Assembly: GCA_965113315.1 (NCBI GenBank)
Contig: OZ220363.1
Direction: 5' to 3' (one strand)
Source of the DNA: Podarcis vaucheri
Lineage: Eukaryota
Length of the DNA: 64,000 nucleotides
In this document: positions 10,968 through 23,198 of the stretch, one piece after another
Position numbering within the stretch: the first letter of the stretch is position 1
Layout of the letters: the number at the start of each line of letters is the position of its first letter
The notes under the pieces: generated by a model
Database searches by the model: none
The model's input: only the letters and a program-made list of their open reading frames with translations
Told to the model about the DNA's origin: nothing
Position numbers and translations under genes: made by a program

Positions 10968-11151
10968 ACAGATAGGTAGCCGTGTTGGTCTGCCATAGTC
11001 AAAATAAAAAAATTCTTTCCAGTAGCACCTTAAAGACCAACTAAGTTAGTTCTTGGTTCAGTGTATCTGAAGAAGTGTGCATGCACACGAAAGCTCATAC
11101 CAAGAACTAACTTAGTTGGTCTTTAAGGTGCTACTGGAAGGAATTTTTTTA
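10968..11151. mobile_element. Penelope-like element remnant with inverted pseudo-LTR segment
   Basis: About 54-bp inverted repeat (11003-11056 vs 11100-11153), hammerhead motif between the arms, 12-bp TSD TTAAGAGAAGTT (10956-10967/11152-11163). Confidence 0.8.
11063..11100 (+). ncRNA. minimal type I hammerhead ribozyme motif (Penelope-associated)
   Basis: GUAU-CUGAAGA-A-GUGUG(CAUG)CACAC-GAAA-GC-UC^-AUAC: conserved core boxes, stem II hairpin, stem I GUAU:AUAC, and palindromic AGCU in place of stem III. Confidence 0.75.
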
Positions 11152-11754
11152 TTAAGAGAAGTTGTTAATCCATGTTTAATTTGGAGTTTACAGTAAAAAA
11201 ATATTGGTACTGTACTTCAGTTTTCAAAACACTCTACCCTTTATTGTTAAACTCCTTAACGTATTGTCTATCCTTAACATATACTTCAAGGCTTCAAAGC
11301 ACATACATTTCAGTAATCCTTGAGTGTCAGCCAGGCACAAAAAAATTGCACCCAGACTTTTTTAGGTGCTCTCAAATGGAGAATCTTTAGGTGCAAAAAG
11401 CACCTGGCGCCCTGCTAATTTCTAACCCTGCTTTCCACACCCTTGCTGTTCTGGATTTATTTATTTTTTCATGATGGGTAGGGGAGAACGCCTTTGTAGA
11501 GGTTACCCTGAGCTCCTCGGAGGAAGGGCAGAATAAAAATGCAATAAAAGTATGTACAGCGCCCCCACGCCACCCCTGCGACCGCAATCCCTCATGCTTG
11601 GGTCGGGTCTAAAACATTTATTGCCAGGTAGAAGCTTAAAGCAGAATGTGTGCCATAAACATCAACCACTGCTAGAACCTTCTCTTCGGCTGCCAAATCC
11701 AGGCCAAAGGGAGGAAGGAGTCTGGATAATGTTTCCAAATGTGCGTCTGGCAAT

Positions 11755-12207
11755 TTGGGACCAGGTTACCTAAAGATCATCTGCCCCTGTATAGACCTGT
11801 AAGACCACTTACATTATCTGGGGGAAATTCTGTTCATGGCATTGCACCCCACTGAATGCCATACAGCAGTGACCCCCCAAACCAGGCGTTTTCTGTTATT
11901 GTCCCTGTGTTATTCTGTTATTGTCCCTTCCCTCTGCCATATGTGAAGGAACAACCATCAGTTGCATCAGACATCTTGTAAAGACTTCTTTTTTAGCCCA
12001 GACTTTCCCTCACCCGTAAGGTCAGACTCTATTTTATGTGTTTGAATCCCCTGAATGCCTATTTTATTTGTTTTTAATATGCTTTTATGCTGTTGTTTAA
12101 TTGGTCTTGGGTTGTATTTTTGTTTTAATAGTTTTGTTTTGAAATGCACACCACGTAAGAAAATTTACAAACACCAAGCGGTTTACAAATGCTTTTAACT
12201 AAACTAA
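11755..12207 (+). mobile_element. decayed L2-like LINE 3' end
   Basis: GPGYLKDHLPLYRPVRPL-like residual reading, AT-rich 3' UTR and aagcggtttacaaat...taaa tail. Confidence 0.55.
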
Positions 12208-13507
12208 GTCAGTCATTGGGAGAAGCACCTCTGGGTGCCGTTGCTGCCTGGCCCCTTAATTTTCCGCGTGAAATCAGATTGAAGAGGAGGTTTCTGAAGG
12301 ACAATTCATTTTTAGGCTTTATAGGAACTGCCGTCTGCTATACCTGTCTTGGCAACTTCTCAGCTTTTTTATTTGAATGCTGTGAACTGTCCTTGGGGTG
12401 TACTTGAAGGCTGCTCAGAAACATCACCAGGTGCCAAATTCTTCCTGCAGTGAATACACTAATTATTTATGTATGTGTTTATTTCAGGTGCTTATATTCC
12501 ACTTTTTGTCAAGCAGTGACCAAAGCAGTCTCCAATTTATTAAGCCAGAACACCGTAATTTGAAAATTTATAAAATGCCACTAAAATCACCAACAATTTA
12601 ATTTATAATAAAAATAACTATTGCAGAACAACCCCCTCCCCCTCAACTCAGAGCAATCCAAATCTTACTTCAGACTAGCACTGAAGGAATTTCAGTGGCT
12701 GATGCCCAGACACAACTTGAGGAAGTGCATTTGACCTTCCCAAAGCCCTAACAAGCTTAGATTGGGCAGATTTTTGAGCTTATCTGCTCCCATGTGAACC
12801 TCCTCGTGATCTTCTGGTGATGCTTTGTTGGTTGTTCCATGTGCCACCTCCTCCGATTGGGCCGATAGCGTCCCTGCACGAAGTTTTCAAGAAAAAAGAT
12901 GGGATATGAGTCTAAATAACTAGTCGCCGGAGAACAATAGCAGCTAGTTGCCCGTTGTGGGAAATGGAATGCCAGACTCAACAAGGCAGATGTGGGGAAC
13001 GTTTGGCCCTCCAGATGTTGCCAAACTACAATTCCCATTGGCCATGCTTGTGAAGCCGATACAGGTTGTAGTACAGCAACATCTGGAAGGCCAGAGGTTC
13101 CTCACACCCGCAGTAGGCCTCTTATCCACCAGGAATCTTAGATAATTTCAACCAACAGCTGGAGTGACCTTGAGTGGAGTTAACGGTAGAAACGAGAGCT
13201 CATGCTTTGCACATGTAAGTTTCTAGGTTCAGTCCGTGACATCCACAGTTAAAAAGGATCTTAGGAACATGAGAAGCTTGTCAGTGCCTTGTACTGAATC
13301 TGACCATTGGGCTGGCTTTCCTACCCTTACCTGGAGATGCCACAGAGTTAACCCAGGACCCTTTCTGTGCAAAACTTCTGCTCTACCATTAAGCTGTAGG
13401 TTCTGCTATAACATGGAAGAGTCTTTGCCAATCAGGCTTGCTGTTGCTAAATTGGCCAGTGGCTTGACTTTGTGTTAAGCCAGCTACTTATTTGAATCAT
13501 GCCATTC

Positions 13508-13564
<57 letters not shown>

Positions 13565-13665
13565 TTATTTATTTGTACCCCACCCATCTGGCTGGGTTTC
13601 CCCAGCCACTCTGGGCAGCCTCCAACAAAGATTAAAAATACATTAAAATGTCACACATTAAAAAA
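13508..13665 (-). mobile_element. L2-like 3' end with (AAT)19 microsatellite tail
   Basis: (AAT)n at 13508-13564 followed by cccatctggctgggtttccccagccactctggg, which recurs at about 28590-28625. Confidence 0.7.
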
Positions 13666-14442
13666 ATTCCAAGGAGTTTGAAACCGTTGGAACTGGGTTT
13701 CCTTTGGGCTTGGGTTTCATTAGTATTTCCTCCCTCCCTCCCTCCCTCTGTAACTGATCCAACCTCCTCAGAGGGGTCTGGAAGGGTCTGAGTTAGAATT
13801 GATTAACGGATCTGATACTCTCTCATCAACAAGCTATAGGAGTGGCTTTCTCAGCACTGAAAGTAACTTTCCCACTTTAGATGGTTAAATTAACAAAGCA
13901 AGGAAGATAGCGTTATACCCAGGGGCTGTGGGTATCAGCCCCGCCCCGCTCTGATTAGATCTTGTACTTTTCTTTTAGAATTGTGGGTGGTGAACCTAGA
14001 CCTATGTCTTGCTGTTTGTTTGTTTTATGGTCCCTCTGAATATTCAGTTCCTACCTCCCCCTTGTTTTCTCTCTCTGTATGTGCCAGAGGTGGGGAACCA
14101 GGTACCAAACGCTGGCCTTCAGTACTCTCCTCAGGCCACACACCCCTCCCCAACCACACCTCAAACTAACCATGCTTCACACCTTTCTTGCATGTCTTTG
14201 CCTGGCTAGAATGTGCCCTTAAACTTTGGATAATGATTTTTGCTGACCGGCTGGAGCATGGAAATGGGTGTGTGCAGAAACTTGGCTTCTGGACAAAATG
14301 TACATTCATAGCTCTGCCTGCTCTGGCCTCTGATCCCACACACCACTCACAAGTTGCTCAGAAAGGAGTGTGTCTGAAAACAGGGTCCCTGCTCCTACTG
14401 TACTCATTTAAATAGCTGCACCATGTATCCTAGAAAATAGAC

Positions 14443-14575
14443 CAGGCATAGGCAAACTTGGCCGTCCAGATGTTTTGGGACTACAATTCCCATCCCTGAC
14501 CACTGGTCCTGTTAGCTAGGGATGATGAGAGTTGTAGTCCCAAAGCATCTGGAGGGCTGAGTTTGCCTATGCCTG
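14443..14575. mobile_element. hAT foldback MITE
   Basis: CAGGCATAGGCAAACT...AGTTTGCCTATGCCTG; perfect 8-bp TSD AAATAGAC. Confidence 0.9.
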
Positions 14576-16103
14576 AAATAGACTCTAGTTCACACAAGTT
14601 TATGCCTGTGAAAATGCTTTTAAGATGCTACAGGCAGTCTTACTATAAGAAGGCACAATTCGTTTCTTTTAAACATTCCTATCCTGAATTTTCCTTAACT
14701 GGGCATAAAAAGAATAAATTACGAAAGGTGTTAAAAATAAAATTGTCATACTTTCCCTTCCCTCATTTGGAAAACTCGAGCAGTCCTTGGCATTTTAAGC
14801 AATTTCTAGTTAAGATTCTGGGATATTGGATTACCTCCTGATTGGTAAAGCACTTCATTTCTCGTTTACTGAAATTGCTAATGCTAGTGCCGTTGCACAA
14901 AGGGGCTTCTGGGAAGCTGTTAAAAGACGCAATTTGATGTTGAAATAATTTCACCAAATGCTGGCTGTCAGTTCTTCAATAATGGACGTGCTTATCTATA
15001 TAACTTTGTGTGTATATAGGAGAAACATTCAGCTTGTCCAAATTGTCTTGTGCTGGAAACTTGTATAACTAGTTTTCAGAAACAATTAGTGTCTCCAAAG
15101 GAGGAGCAGGCTCCCATTTGCCAGTCAGCGTTTTGTAAGAAGTTGCAAAGTGAAATTGTGGTTTTAGGTGTGCAGATGCTATCTTCAAAGGAAAGTTGTG
15201 TGGCAGCATTCCATCGCCTCCCCCAAAGCTCCGAAAGACCGACACCTTTGGCTCCAAAGCTCAGTGACTGAAATTAATAAACTACACGCAGAATAACTTT
15301 TAATTCCCCCAATATTAAGATGCCTCTAGGGGGCTGGATTAACGGAAGGAATTACAAGGTTTATACAGCTCTGCTGGCAGGATCCCGTGGAGGCAAATTG
15401 ACCCACTGTTTGTGTCTTTCAAACCTCGCAGAGAAACAAATATTGAAGTTTGTCGCCAACTGTTCCAGAGCTCATTCTGCTGAATACTTAGCTGCCATGC
15501 ATTGTTTTCTATTATAGTTTTCTGCGACATTTTGGAGCAGTGACAGCATCAGAACACAGGACTCTGCCACATGCTGGATGCTATTGAACACTATAGCTCT
15601 GCTCATGCGACAGACATCTCTGTATCCTCTCCCTCTTTGTCCCTTCCAGTGCCTCACATACCCTTAAAATCAGTTCCGTAGGGCTGCAGGATCCTTCAGA
15701 GCAGATTTGAGGGTGTGTGGGAAAAGAGTATATGAAAGTCCCATTGTTCATGTGGATTTTCAACCATGCAACATTGGATGCAAACCACTGAATTTTCCGA
15801 GTCTGGTGCCCTCCAGATGTTTTGGACTACACCTTCCATCAGCCCCATCCAGAACTCTGGTCGTCACTAACCTTTGGAAGGTACCAATTTGGGAAACTAT
15901 GGTCTAAACAAGAGGCATACAGCCTAAGGAGCACATTCCCTAGTGAGCAGCCTTCTGTGTGCCTGCATATGGGTGGTGGGAACAAGTGAGTCGCGAGCAA
16001 TGGGTGCAATTTTTGTACATTAAGCTATATTCCAGCCACCCAAATTCAGAGGTTTCTACACATAACAAACAGCACATCACCCAAAATTTGGAGACATGCT
16101 AAA

Positions 16104-16626
16104 GGTAGACCTCACCTGGAGTACTGTGTCCAGTTCTGGGCCACCACAATTCAAGAAGGACACTGACAAACTGGAACGTGTCCAGAGGAGGGCAACCAAA
16201 ATGGTCAAAGGCCTGGAAACGATGCCTTATGAGGAACGGCTAAGGGAGCTGGGCATGTTTAGCCTGGAGAAGAGGAGGTTAAGGGGTGATATGATAGCCA
16301 TGTTCAAATATATAAAAGGATGTCACATAGAGGAGGGAGAAAGGTTGTTTTCTGCTGCTCCAGAGAAGCGGACACGGAGCAATAGATCGAAACTACAAGA
16401 AAGAAGATTCCACCTAAACATTAGGAAGAACTTCCTGACAGTAAGAGCTGTTTGACAGTGGAATTTGCTGCCAAGGAGTGTGGTGGAGTCTCCTACTTTG
16501 GAGGTCTTTAAGCAGAGGCTTGACAACCATATGTCAGAAGTGCTCTGATGGTGTTTCCTGCTTGGCAGGGGGTTGGACTCGATGGCCCTTGTGGTCTCTT
16601 CCAACTCTATGATTCTGTGATTCTGT
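16104..16626 (+). mobile_element. 5'-truncated CR1 LINE (young subfamily)
   Basis: Encodes [25 protein letters not shown]...; nearly identical to 60410-60925; CGA>TGA stop at 16453; (TTCTRTGA)n tail. Confidence 0.95.
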
Positions 16627-18078
16627 AACCAAAGCAAAGTTACACAGCAGCAGCAGTAGCAAGGAATAGCTCTTGGAAAGAAAAAACCCAACGATAGGGG
16701 GGGAAATACATAACTGCAGATCTCTTGGGGAAAGAGAATGCCATCCATTGTGTGAGAACTGGAAGATGGGGGGTGTTTTTAAGTGTTGCTACCTCTCTTG
16801 AGGGGTCAGACATATTAGTTAGAATTTGAACCAATAGAACAAAAATCCACCCACATTGTCCTTCTGAACTTACACTGTAAATAAAGCAAAGTTATATGAT
16901 TGCATTTTCCTTAGCAGCTGATGCCATTGCTGAAGTCAACACTGTTTAAAGTTAACTTCTGGGAAATACACCTATTTGCAGTGTTTGTAATGTATCCCCA
17001 CAGAATGTATATCCTTCCTATAAAAAGTGTTTGCAGAGCTAAAGCAAAGCTATTGACTCACTGGCTGACTTCTCTTTGTAACTTTCTGATGTCCCAACGT
17101 TCATTTTCTTTCCTCAGAACAAATTCTTTCGGTTGTAAAAAAAAAAAGAAAAAGAAAAGAAAACATGCTTGCACTTAACAAGGAAATGGGAAAATCTTTC
17201 AAAGTAGCTTTCCTTTCAGAAAAAGAAACAGCATTTTGCACCATCCCACATAATTCAAAATATATGCTATCAAAGTAAGTGCCAATACATAATAGTTTGG
17301 GTGAAATGCACTGTATTCATCTTTTCTCATATCCGTATCATAGCTCTTAAATCTCAAAGGTTGGCTTGATGGAGACAGTAATAATAGTTGTAAAAGGCTT
17401 TCTGTGCTGAGTTTGGCAGTGCTTTCCTTTAGCCCCTTCCCACCCCACAAATCAACCAAAATGATCTTGGGGTTAGAGGACGTTCTCTTCAATTTGGCTG
17501 TTTTCGTGTGCATAGGCAAAAGGCAGCCAGGGTGGCAGACTTGACATAGATGCTTAGAAAATTAGGCATGTTGCAGTTATTTGTTTGTTTGTTTGATTGA
17601 TTGATTGATTTCTGGTTAGAGGAATGTTTCTCTCCCCCCCGCCCCCCCCCCCAATGTTTCAACTCTGAATCATCCATTTGAAACTGGTTGGCAATAGATT
17701 AAGGGCAGAAAATGTATAGCCAGCTTACAGAATTCCTTGCCACAAGATGTTGTGACAGCCGCTAGTCTTCGATAGGCTTAGGTGGAAATGTATGGAAGGC
17801 AGACCTACTAATGGGAATCTCCCAAGTCCTACTTTAGGAGACAGGATGCTGGACTGATCTAACTGGGCTGCTTTTCCTCTTCTTCTTTCAGCTTAGTTTG
17901 GAATAAAAAGCCTTTGTTTCATTTTGATGCTTTCCCCCACTCCAACTTCTGAATTTGGTGAATTGATCAGCCTCTAAGATAAAGTATTTTTAAAAAACTT
18001 CTGAGTTGATCCTTAAGCTGCTAGCTGCATTCTTGTGCTGAGTCTCAAAACCAGCTCACTCAAGATTATATCCTGTAT

Positions 18079-18214
18079 CAAGCATAGGCAAACTCAGCCC
18101 TCCAGATGTTTTGAGACTACAATTCCCATCATCCCTGACCACTGGTCCTCTTAGCTAGGAATGATGGGAGTTGTAGTCCCAAAACATCTGGAGGGCCAAG
18201 TTTGCCTATGCCTG
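18079..18214. mobile_element. hAT foldback MITE
   Basis: Same family as 14443 (CAxGCATAGGCAAACT TIR). Confidence 0.88.
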
Positions 18215-18630
18215 TCCTATGCGGATACAGGTTTTATGTTGAAAAGCCATGTGTGGAGACACAACGTTTAGTGCTGAAGACCACAATATATATGTGGTGT
18301 GTATACATACTAGGCTAGGAACATTTTTCAGCCTACAGGACACATTCCTTCATGCGCAATCTTCCAGGTGCCATGTGGTATAATAGCCTGCGTTTGAAGC
18401 ATGCAGAAGTCAGAGGTTTATACACCCTTACCTGTTCATCCTCAAATCAGGGCAAGTAAGAGGCAATGTCATAGCTCAAGGACGCATTTCTTCCTGGCAA
18501 AAGCATTAAAGGAGAGCATGTAGCAGAACTTCTGAGTGGCATGACCTCAGGAGACACTCAAGGACCAGGTCAGCTTCCAAGTGCCAAATTCGGGTCCTAC
18601 CTCTGAAGTTGCCTTCCTCTTTCCCATACA

Positions 18631-19785
18631 CAGGGCCGTCTTACCTATAGGTGCTAGGGGTGCCAGGCCAATAATCTGGGGCCCAAGAGTTGAGTCTGGG
18701 GAAGAGCCCACCCGTCTGTCGGAGCGCCGCGGTCAGCTCTTCTGCTGCAGGCGGCTCTCCGCCCCAACCCCCCGCCCTCCTGCCCAGCGTCTGATGGCGG
18801 TCATCGTCGTCAAAGTCTTTTTTTAAAAAAAGTAATATTTATTAAAATTTTACAAACAATAAAGAGTTTCAAAGTTTAAACATAAAAAATAAGAACAAAA
18901 AATAACCCTAATAAAAGAAAAAAGAGCTACAAGTATACAAAAACAAAACACGTGAAAAATGCAAAATAGAAAACAGTTAAAAAGAAGAAGAAAAAGAAAG
19001 AAATCAATATTTTCATATCTTATACTTCATTTACTAGTTTCCTGACCTCCTCACACCTCCCTTTTTGTATTCCAGTTCAGATATTTAGTTCAGCAAGTCC
19101 TTACCCTCTATCATTTATCCTTGCTCAACATCTTAACCTATTATAAATATATATTTTCCACCATTATCAATCCATATTTACATACTCTTGTTAATCTTTT
19201 TACCAATACCGCTTGTTTTCAATCCAACATCTCTTTAACATTCATTAATTTTACAGTATTTCTGCAAATAGTCTTTAAATTTTTTCCAATCTTCTTCCAC
19301 CACCTCTTCTCCCTGATCTCTGATTCTGCCAGTCATTTCTGCCAATTCCATGTAGTCCATCACCTTCATCTGCCATTCTTCCAGAGTGGGTAGATCTTGT
19401 GTCTTCCAATACTCATCGTCGTCAAAGTCTTAAGGTGTCACGGGACCAAAGCGAGTGGGGGCTCCGGGTCCCGGGACGTGCTTTCGTGAGCCGCCCACAG
19501 AGGCTTGCCACTTTCCTCCTTCCCTTTCTCTGCCTCCCAAATTTTAGGCGCCTTGCTGGAGACGGAGGGCAACATGGGAGCAGGGAGGGGAATGCAGGCG
19601 ACAAAGAAATAGGCTCGGCCATTTTATTTGATTTGTAAACCCCTCCCTGTCGCCAGCACCCGGCATCCGACTGAGCTCCAGCTTCAGCAGCTCCGTCCAG
19701 AAGGCGGGGGGTGGGGTGGGGTGGGGGTGGGACCTGCCAGGCGAATTTTTGCACCCCTGTGCCACATATGCTTAAGACAGCCCTG
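18631..19785. mobile_element. GC-rich hAT non-autonomous element interrupted by an L1
   Basis: TIR CAGGGCCGTCTTA/TAAGACAGCCCTG; 8-bp TSD CCCATACA/CCTATACA. Confidence 0.8.
18820..19412 (-). mobile_element. 5'-truncated L1-clade LINE (ORF2 C-terminus, 3' UTR, A-rich tail)
   Basis: Minus strand reads YWKTQDLPTLEEWQMKVMDYMELAEMTGRIRDQGEEVVEEDWKKFKDYLQKYCKINEC*; perfect 19-bp TSD TCATCGTCGTCAAAGTCTT; TT|AAGA endonuclease-type site. Confidence 0.85.
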
Positions 19786-20772
19786 CCTATACAAGAAGGA
19801 TATGCTAGTGGGGGGACGGGACCTATTTCACACAAAGCTCAACCTCTTGACTAAAGAACACGGGTCTTATTTACTTCTGTAGTTACCCTGTGCTTTTGAA
19901 TACATAAATAATATCACTTGCGCATTGGAAAGAGCAGTATTGTACTTGCTAATGCTTCCTTTTTATAGCACCAAGGAATGAAAAGCTATTTACTAGTAAG
20001 TTAATAGTTTAAGTGTCTGAAGGACCACCATCTGGAAATTCAGTTGGATCACATATATTTTGCAGCTTGTGGTTGTAATAATTTTCTATATAAGCAAAAT
20101 GCTTCAAAGCCTACAGGGCGAGGTGCTAATTTAGTCTCCACTATTGGTTATAATTTTGAAAGTGGGTGTAATTTACACCCTCTCTTTTTAGAACATTTAT
20201 CCTGCTTTTTCAGTTGAGGGCACCGGTCAAAATATGTTGTTTTTCTGGCTTCAATAAAGTTAATGGATTTTAACTGTGACATTTTCCTTGCTTGAAGTGT
20301 TGCTGTGGGACTGAAATTCTTAGAACAACCCCCAAGATCATCACTACGGTAACTGGTGTGTGTACCAAAGAAACAAACAGTTCTGTTATTTTTCCCAAAA
20401 TCCTAGTCCCATGAAGAACACAACTATGAATTATTATTTTATTTATTTTTCTTTGTATCCCTTCATACCACACAAATGGGCTTACAGAGCAGCTTTCCAC
20501 AGTTAGCTGTATGAACAAAACCCATTTAAACAAAAATATGTGTCAATTAAATATCTATATTACATAGCAATATTAAATAATATATTAAATATTTTTCAAA
20601 TGCCAAAGGTACACAGAAGTTGAGATTAAGGGACTTTCTGCATTTATAGTGGAACCGTTGCTGTTTTTTCCAAGTTTTTTGGGCATGTTGCCAGACAAGT
20701 CCAGTATCGTTCAGCTAGTATTCGGGAATAATGTATTCAAAAATGTTTTGGGAGCTTGTAATCAAATGGGCA

Positions 20773-21128
20773 GGGACGCGGGTGGCGCTGTGGGCAAAAC
20801 CTCAGCGCCTAGGACTTGCCGATCGTCAGGTCGGCAGTTTGAATCCCCGCGGCGGGGTGCGCTCCGGTTGCTCAGTCCCAGCGCCTGCCAACCTAGCAGT
20901 TTGAAAGCACCCCCGGGTGCAAGTAGATAAATAGGGACCGCTTACTAGCGGGAAGGTAAATGGCGTTTCTGTGTGCTGCGCTGGCTCGCCAGATGCAGCT
21001 TGTCATGCTGGCCATGTGACCCGGAAGTGTCTGCGGACAGCGCTGGCCCCCGGCCTCTGAAGTGAGATGGGCGCACAACCCTAGAGTCGGACACGACTGG
21101 CCCGTACGGGCAGGGGTACCTTTACCTT
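20773..21128 (+). mobile_element. Sauria SINE (different subfamily, CpG-rich)
   Basis: GGGACGCGGGTGGCGCTG head, AGAGTCGGACACGACT shared with the BovB 3' end, (ACCTTT)n tail, 14-bp TSD TAATCAAATGGGCA. Confidence 0.92.
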
Positions 21129-21588
21129 TAATCAAATGGGCAGCCCGTTTTTGCACTAATGAAGTTATTGAGCAGCCTTCAGCATGAAAGAAAACCATTT
21201 ACAACAGTGATCAATAATGAAATACTTAACAACATGTGGGTTTGTGTTTCAAACTGCAAAAGTACAGAGCGAATTACTGACGTCCAGCCTGGAGGTTACC
21301 AAACCCCTTTTGTGTCAGGGGACCAGGCTGTCATCACCTTGGAGTGGCCAGAGCTGGTACTAAATGTTAGTGGCTGCTCCTTGAGACTCCTGGAGTAATG
21401 CTGAGTTGAGCAGTTGCCTCAGGTTTAGGCACCACCCAGAACCAGGGGAGCAGACCAAGCACACACACATGCACCTCTGCTTCTTGTCTGAATTGAACTT
21501 GACCGTTATTAATTCAGTCTAATCCAATTCACCACTGTCCCTCAGGCACTTCTTGAGAGTTTCCATTGTTTCGTTGGATCGTGTAGAA

Positions 21589-21904
21589 CAGGGGACGGCA
21601 AAGTTTTCGTGGCTTGGGCTGGTTCACGGTCCCGCAGACGCTGCGGTGGGCCGGAGTGTGCGCACACATGCACAAACGCTATTTCTGGCGTGAAGGAGGC
21701 GTGCGCAGCTTCCCATTGGCTACAGGAGCTTCCTGCAGCCAAGGGGAAGCCGGCCAGTGTCGCGGAAGGCGGTCCCCACTCTGCTACGAGCCGGTTTAGC
21801 GCAGCACATGGGAGCCGACTGAGCAGGCGGCGAGGGTCCACGGGTCGGTTAAATAACCCCCATGGGCTGCTTGTGGCCCATGGGCCTTAGGTTGCCGACC
21901 CCTG
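21589..21904. mobile_element. hAT MITE
   Basis: CAGGGGACGGCAA...TTGCCGACCCCTG; TSD GTGTAGAA/GGGTAGAA. Confidence 0.85.
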
Positions 21905-22253
21905 GGGTAGAAACTTAAAATACTACAAGCGTGGTGTTGGCTCCTCACCTCAGATTTGGCTCTCCCTGGTTTTAGTCAGAAGCTCCAACCCAGGCAGTTG
22001 AAACCTTTGGTCCACAGTTTAACGTGGCCTCTCAATCCAGCTCCCGGCCCTCTCCCTAGATCCCTCCATTCTGAAGTAAGCTGGCCATGTAGGAAGATTG
22101 AATCTTCCTTCTTTTCCTGTCTGGCCAGATCATTGCGTTCCCTGTCTGTGCTCACTTGAGAGAGTGGTGCCCAGAAGGGGGGGAAGGGGGGGCGGGTTGT
22201 AGTCTCGGAGGGGGCCTTGCCCTCTTTGGGCTCACCTGCTGCTATTATGTAGT

Positions 22254-22630
22254 GCGGGTGGTGCTGTGGTCTAAACCACTGAGCCTCTTAGGCTTGCCAA
22301 TCAAAAAGTCGGTGGTTCAAATCTCTACGACAGGGTGAGCTCCCGTTACACTGTCCCAGGTCCTGCCAACCTAGCAGTTGAAAGCACACCAGTCCAAGTA
22401 GATAAATAGGTAACTCTGCAGCGGGAAGGTAAACAACGTTTCTGTGCGCTCTGGTTTCCATCACAGTATTCTATTGCGCCAGAAGCGGTTTAGTCATGCT
22501 GGCCACATGACCTGGAAAGCTGCCTCTGGAAAAACGCCGGCTCCCTTGGCCTGAAGCAAGATGAGCCCCACATCCCATAGGTGCCTTTGACTGAACTTAA
22601 CCGTCCAGGGGTCCTTTAGCTTTACTTTTT
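22254..22630 (+). mobile_element. Sauria SINE (older copy)
   Basis: Homologous to 7881 with CpG decay; 11-bp TSD TATTATGTAGT. Confidence 0.88.
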
Positions 22631-22835
22631 TATTATGTAGTAACTTGAGCCATTTTCTCCTGAAAGAATTTGACACTTGGGGCGGGGTTTCCCACCCCTG
22701 TTCTAACCACTGCACAGAGATGTTTTCACAGCGGGTAGGATATACCCTTCTCTGAAGGGAGAGACTTTGATCATCCCTTTGCCAATACTGGCTGTCCATT
22801 TTGGGTTTCCCTTTGAGCACTAGTAGCTAGTGCCA

Positions 22836-23145
22836 GTCTGGGACTGGAGAGGTCCAAGTTGAAATTCCCCACTCAGCCATGAAGCCGTAGAACCCTAGAA
22901 CTGTAGAATTGGAAGGGACCCCAAGGGCCATCTAGTCCAACCACCTGCAGTGCAGAAATATTCTTGCCCAACGTCGGAATCAAACCCGCAGCCCTCAGAT
23001 TAAGAGCCTCATGTTCCATCCCAGCACCAGTCACTGTTGTCTTCAATCTAGCCTACCTCTTAGGGTTGTTATAAGTGGGGAGAAATGTGAACACGGCTTG
23101 CTGTTTTTGGAGGAAAGGCAGGATATTAAATGTAATGAATAAATA
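22836..23145 (+). mobile_element. old MIR/SINE2-like element split by a younger SINE
   Basis: B-box-like gttgaaattcccc...gccatgaagc (22836-22886) resumes at about 23025 with gcctacctc..agggttgtt and ends in an aataaata tail; similar split element at 30050-30495. Confidence 0.5.
22888..23020 (-). mobile_element. tRNA-Lys-derived SINE with CR1 3' tail
   Basis: Minus strand: gctcttaatctgagggctgcgggtttgattccgacgttgggc (tRNA-Lys-CTT-like) followed by ttggactagatggcccttggggtcccttccaa (CR1 tail). Confidence 0.75.
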
Positions 23146-23198
23146 GCTGAAAGAAGGATATGCTATGAGTTCTTTAAAAAATGAGTTCTTTAAAAAAT

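Larger units (their letters stand above)
10786..11430. mobile_element. hAT-type non-autonomous element carrying a nested Penelope insertion
   Basis: Termini CAGTGTTAGAAA/TTTCTAACCCTG; 8-bp TSD TTTTCCAC/CTTTCCAC; uninterrupted relative at 28822-29250. Confidence 0.8.

Noticed and set aside
13499-13681. Poly-Asn ORF
   Set aside because: Translation of the (AAT)19 tail of an L2-like element.
22960-23020. tRNA-Lys gene (also 60015-60065 and SINE heads)
   Set aside because: Degenerate cloverleaf fused to a CR1 tail; these are SINE heads, not tRNA genes.
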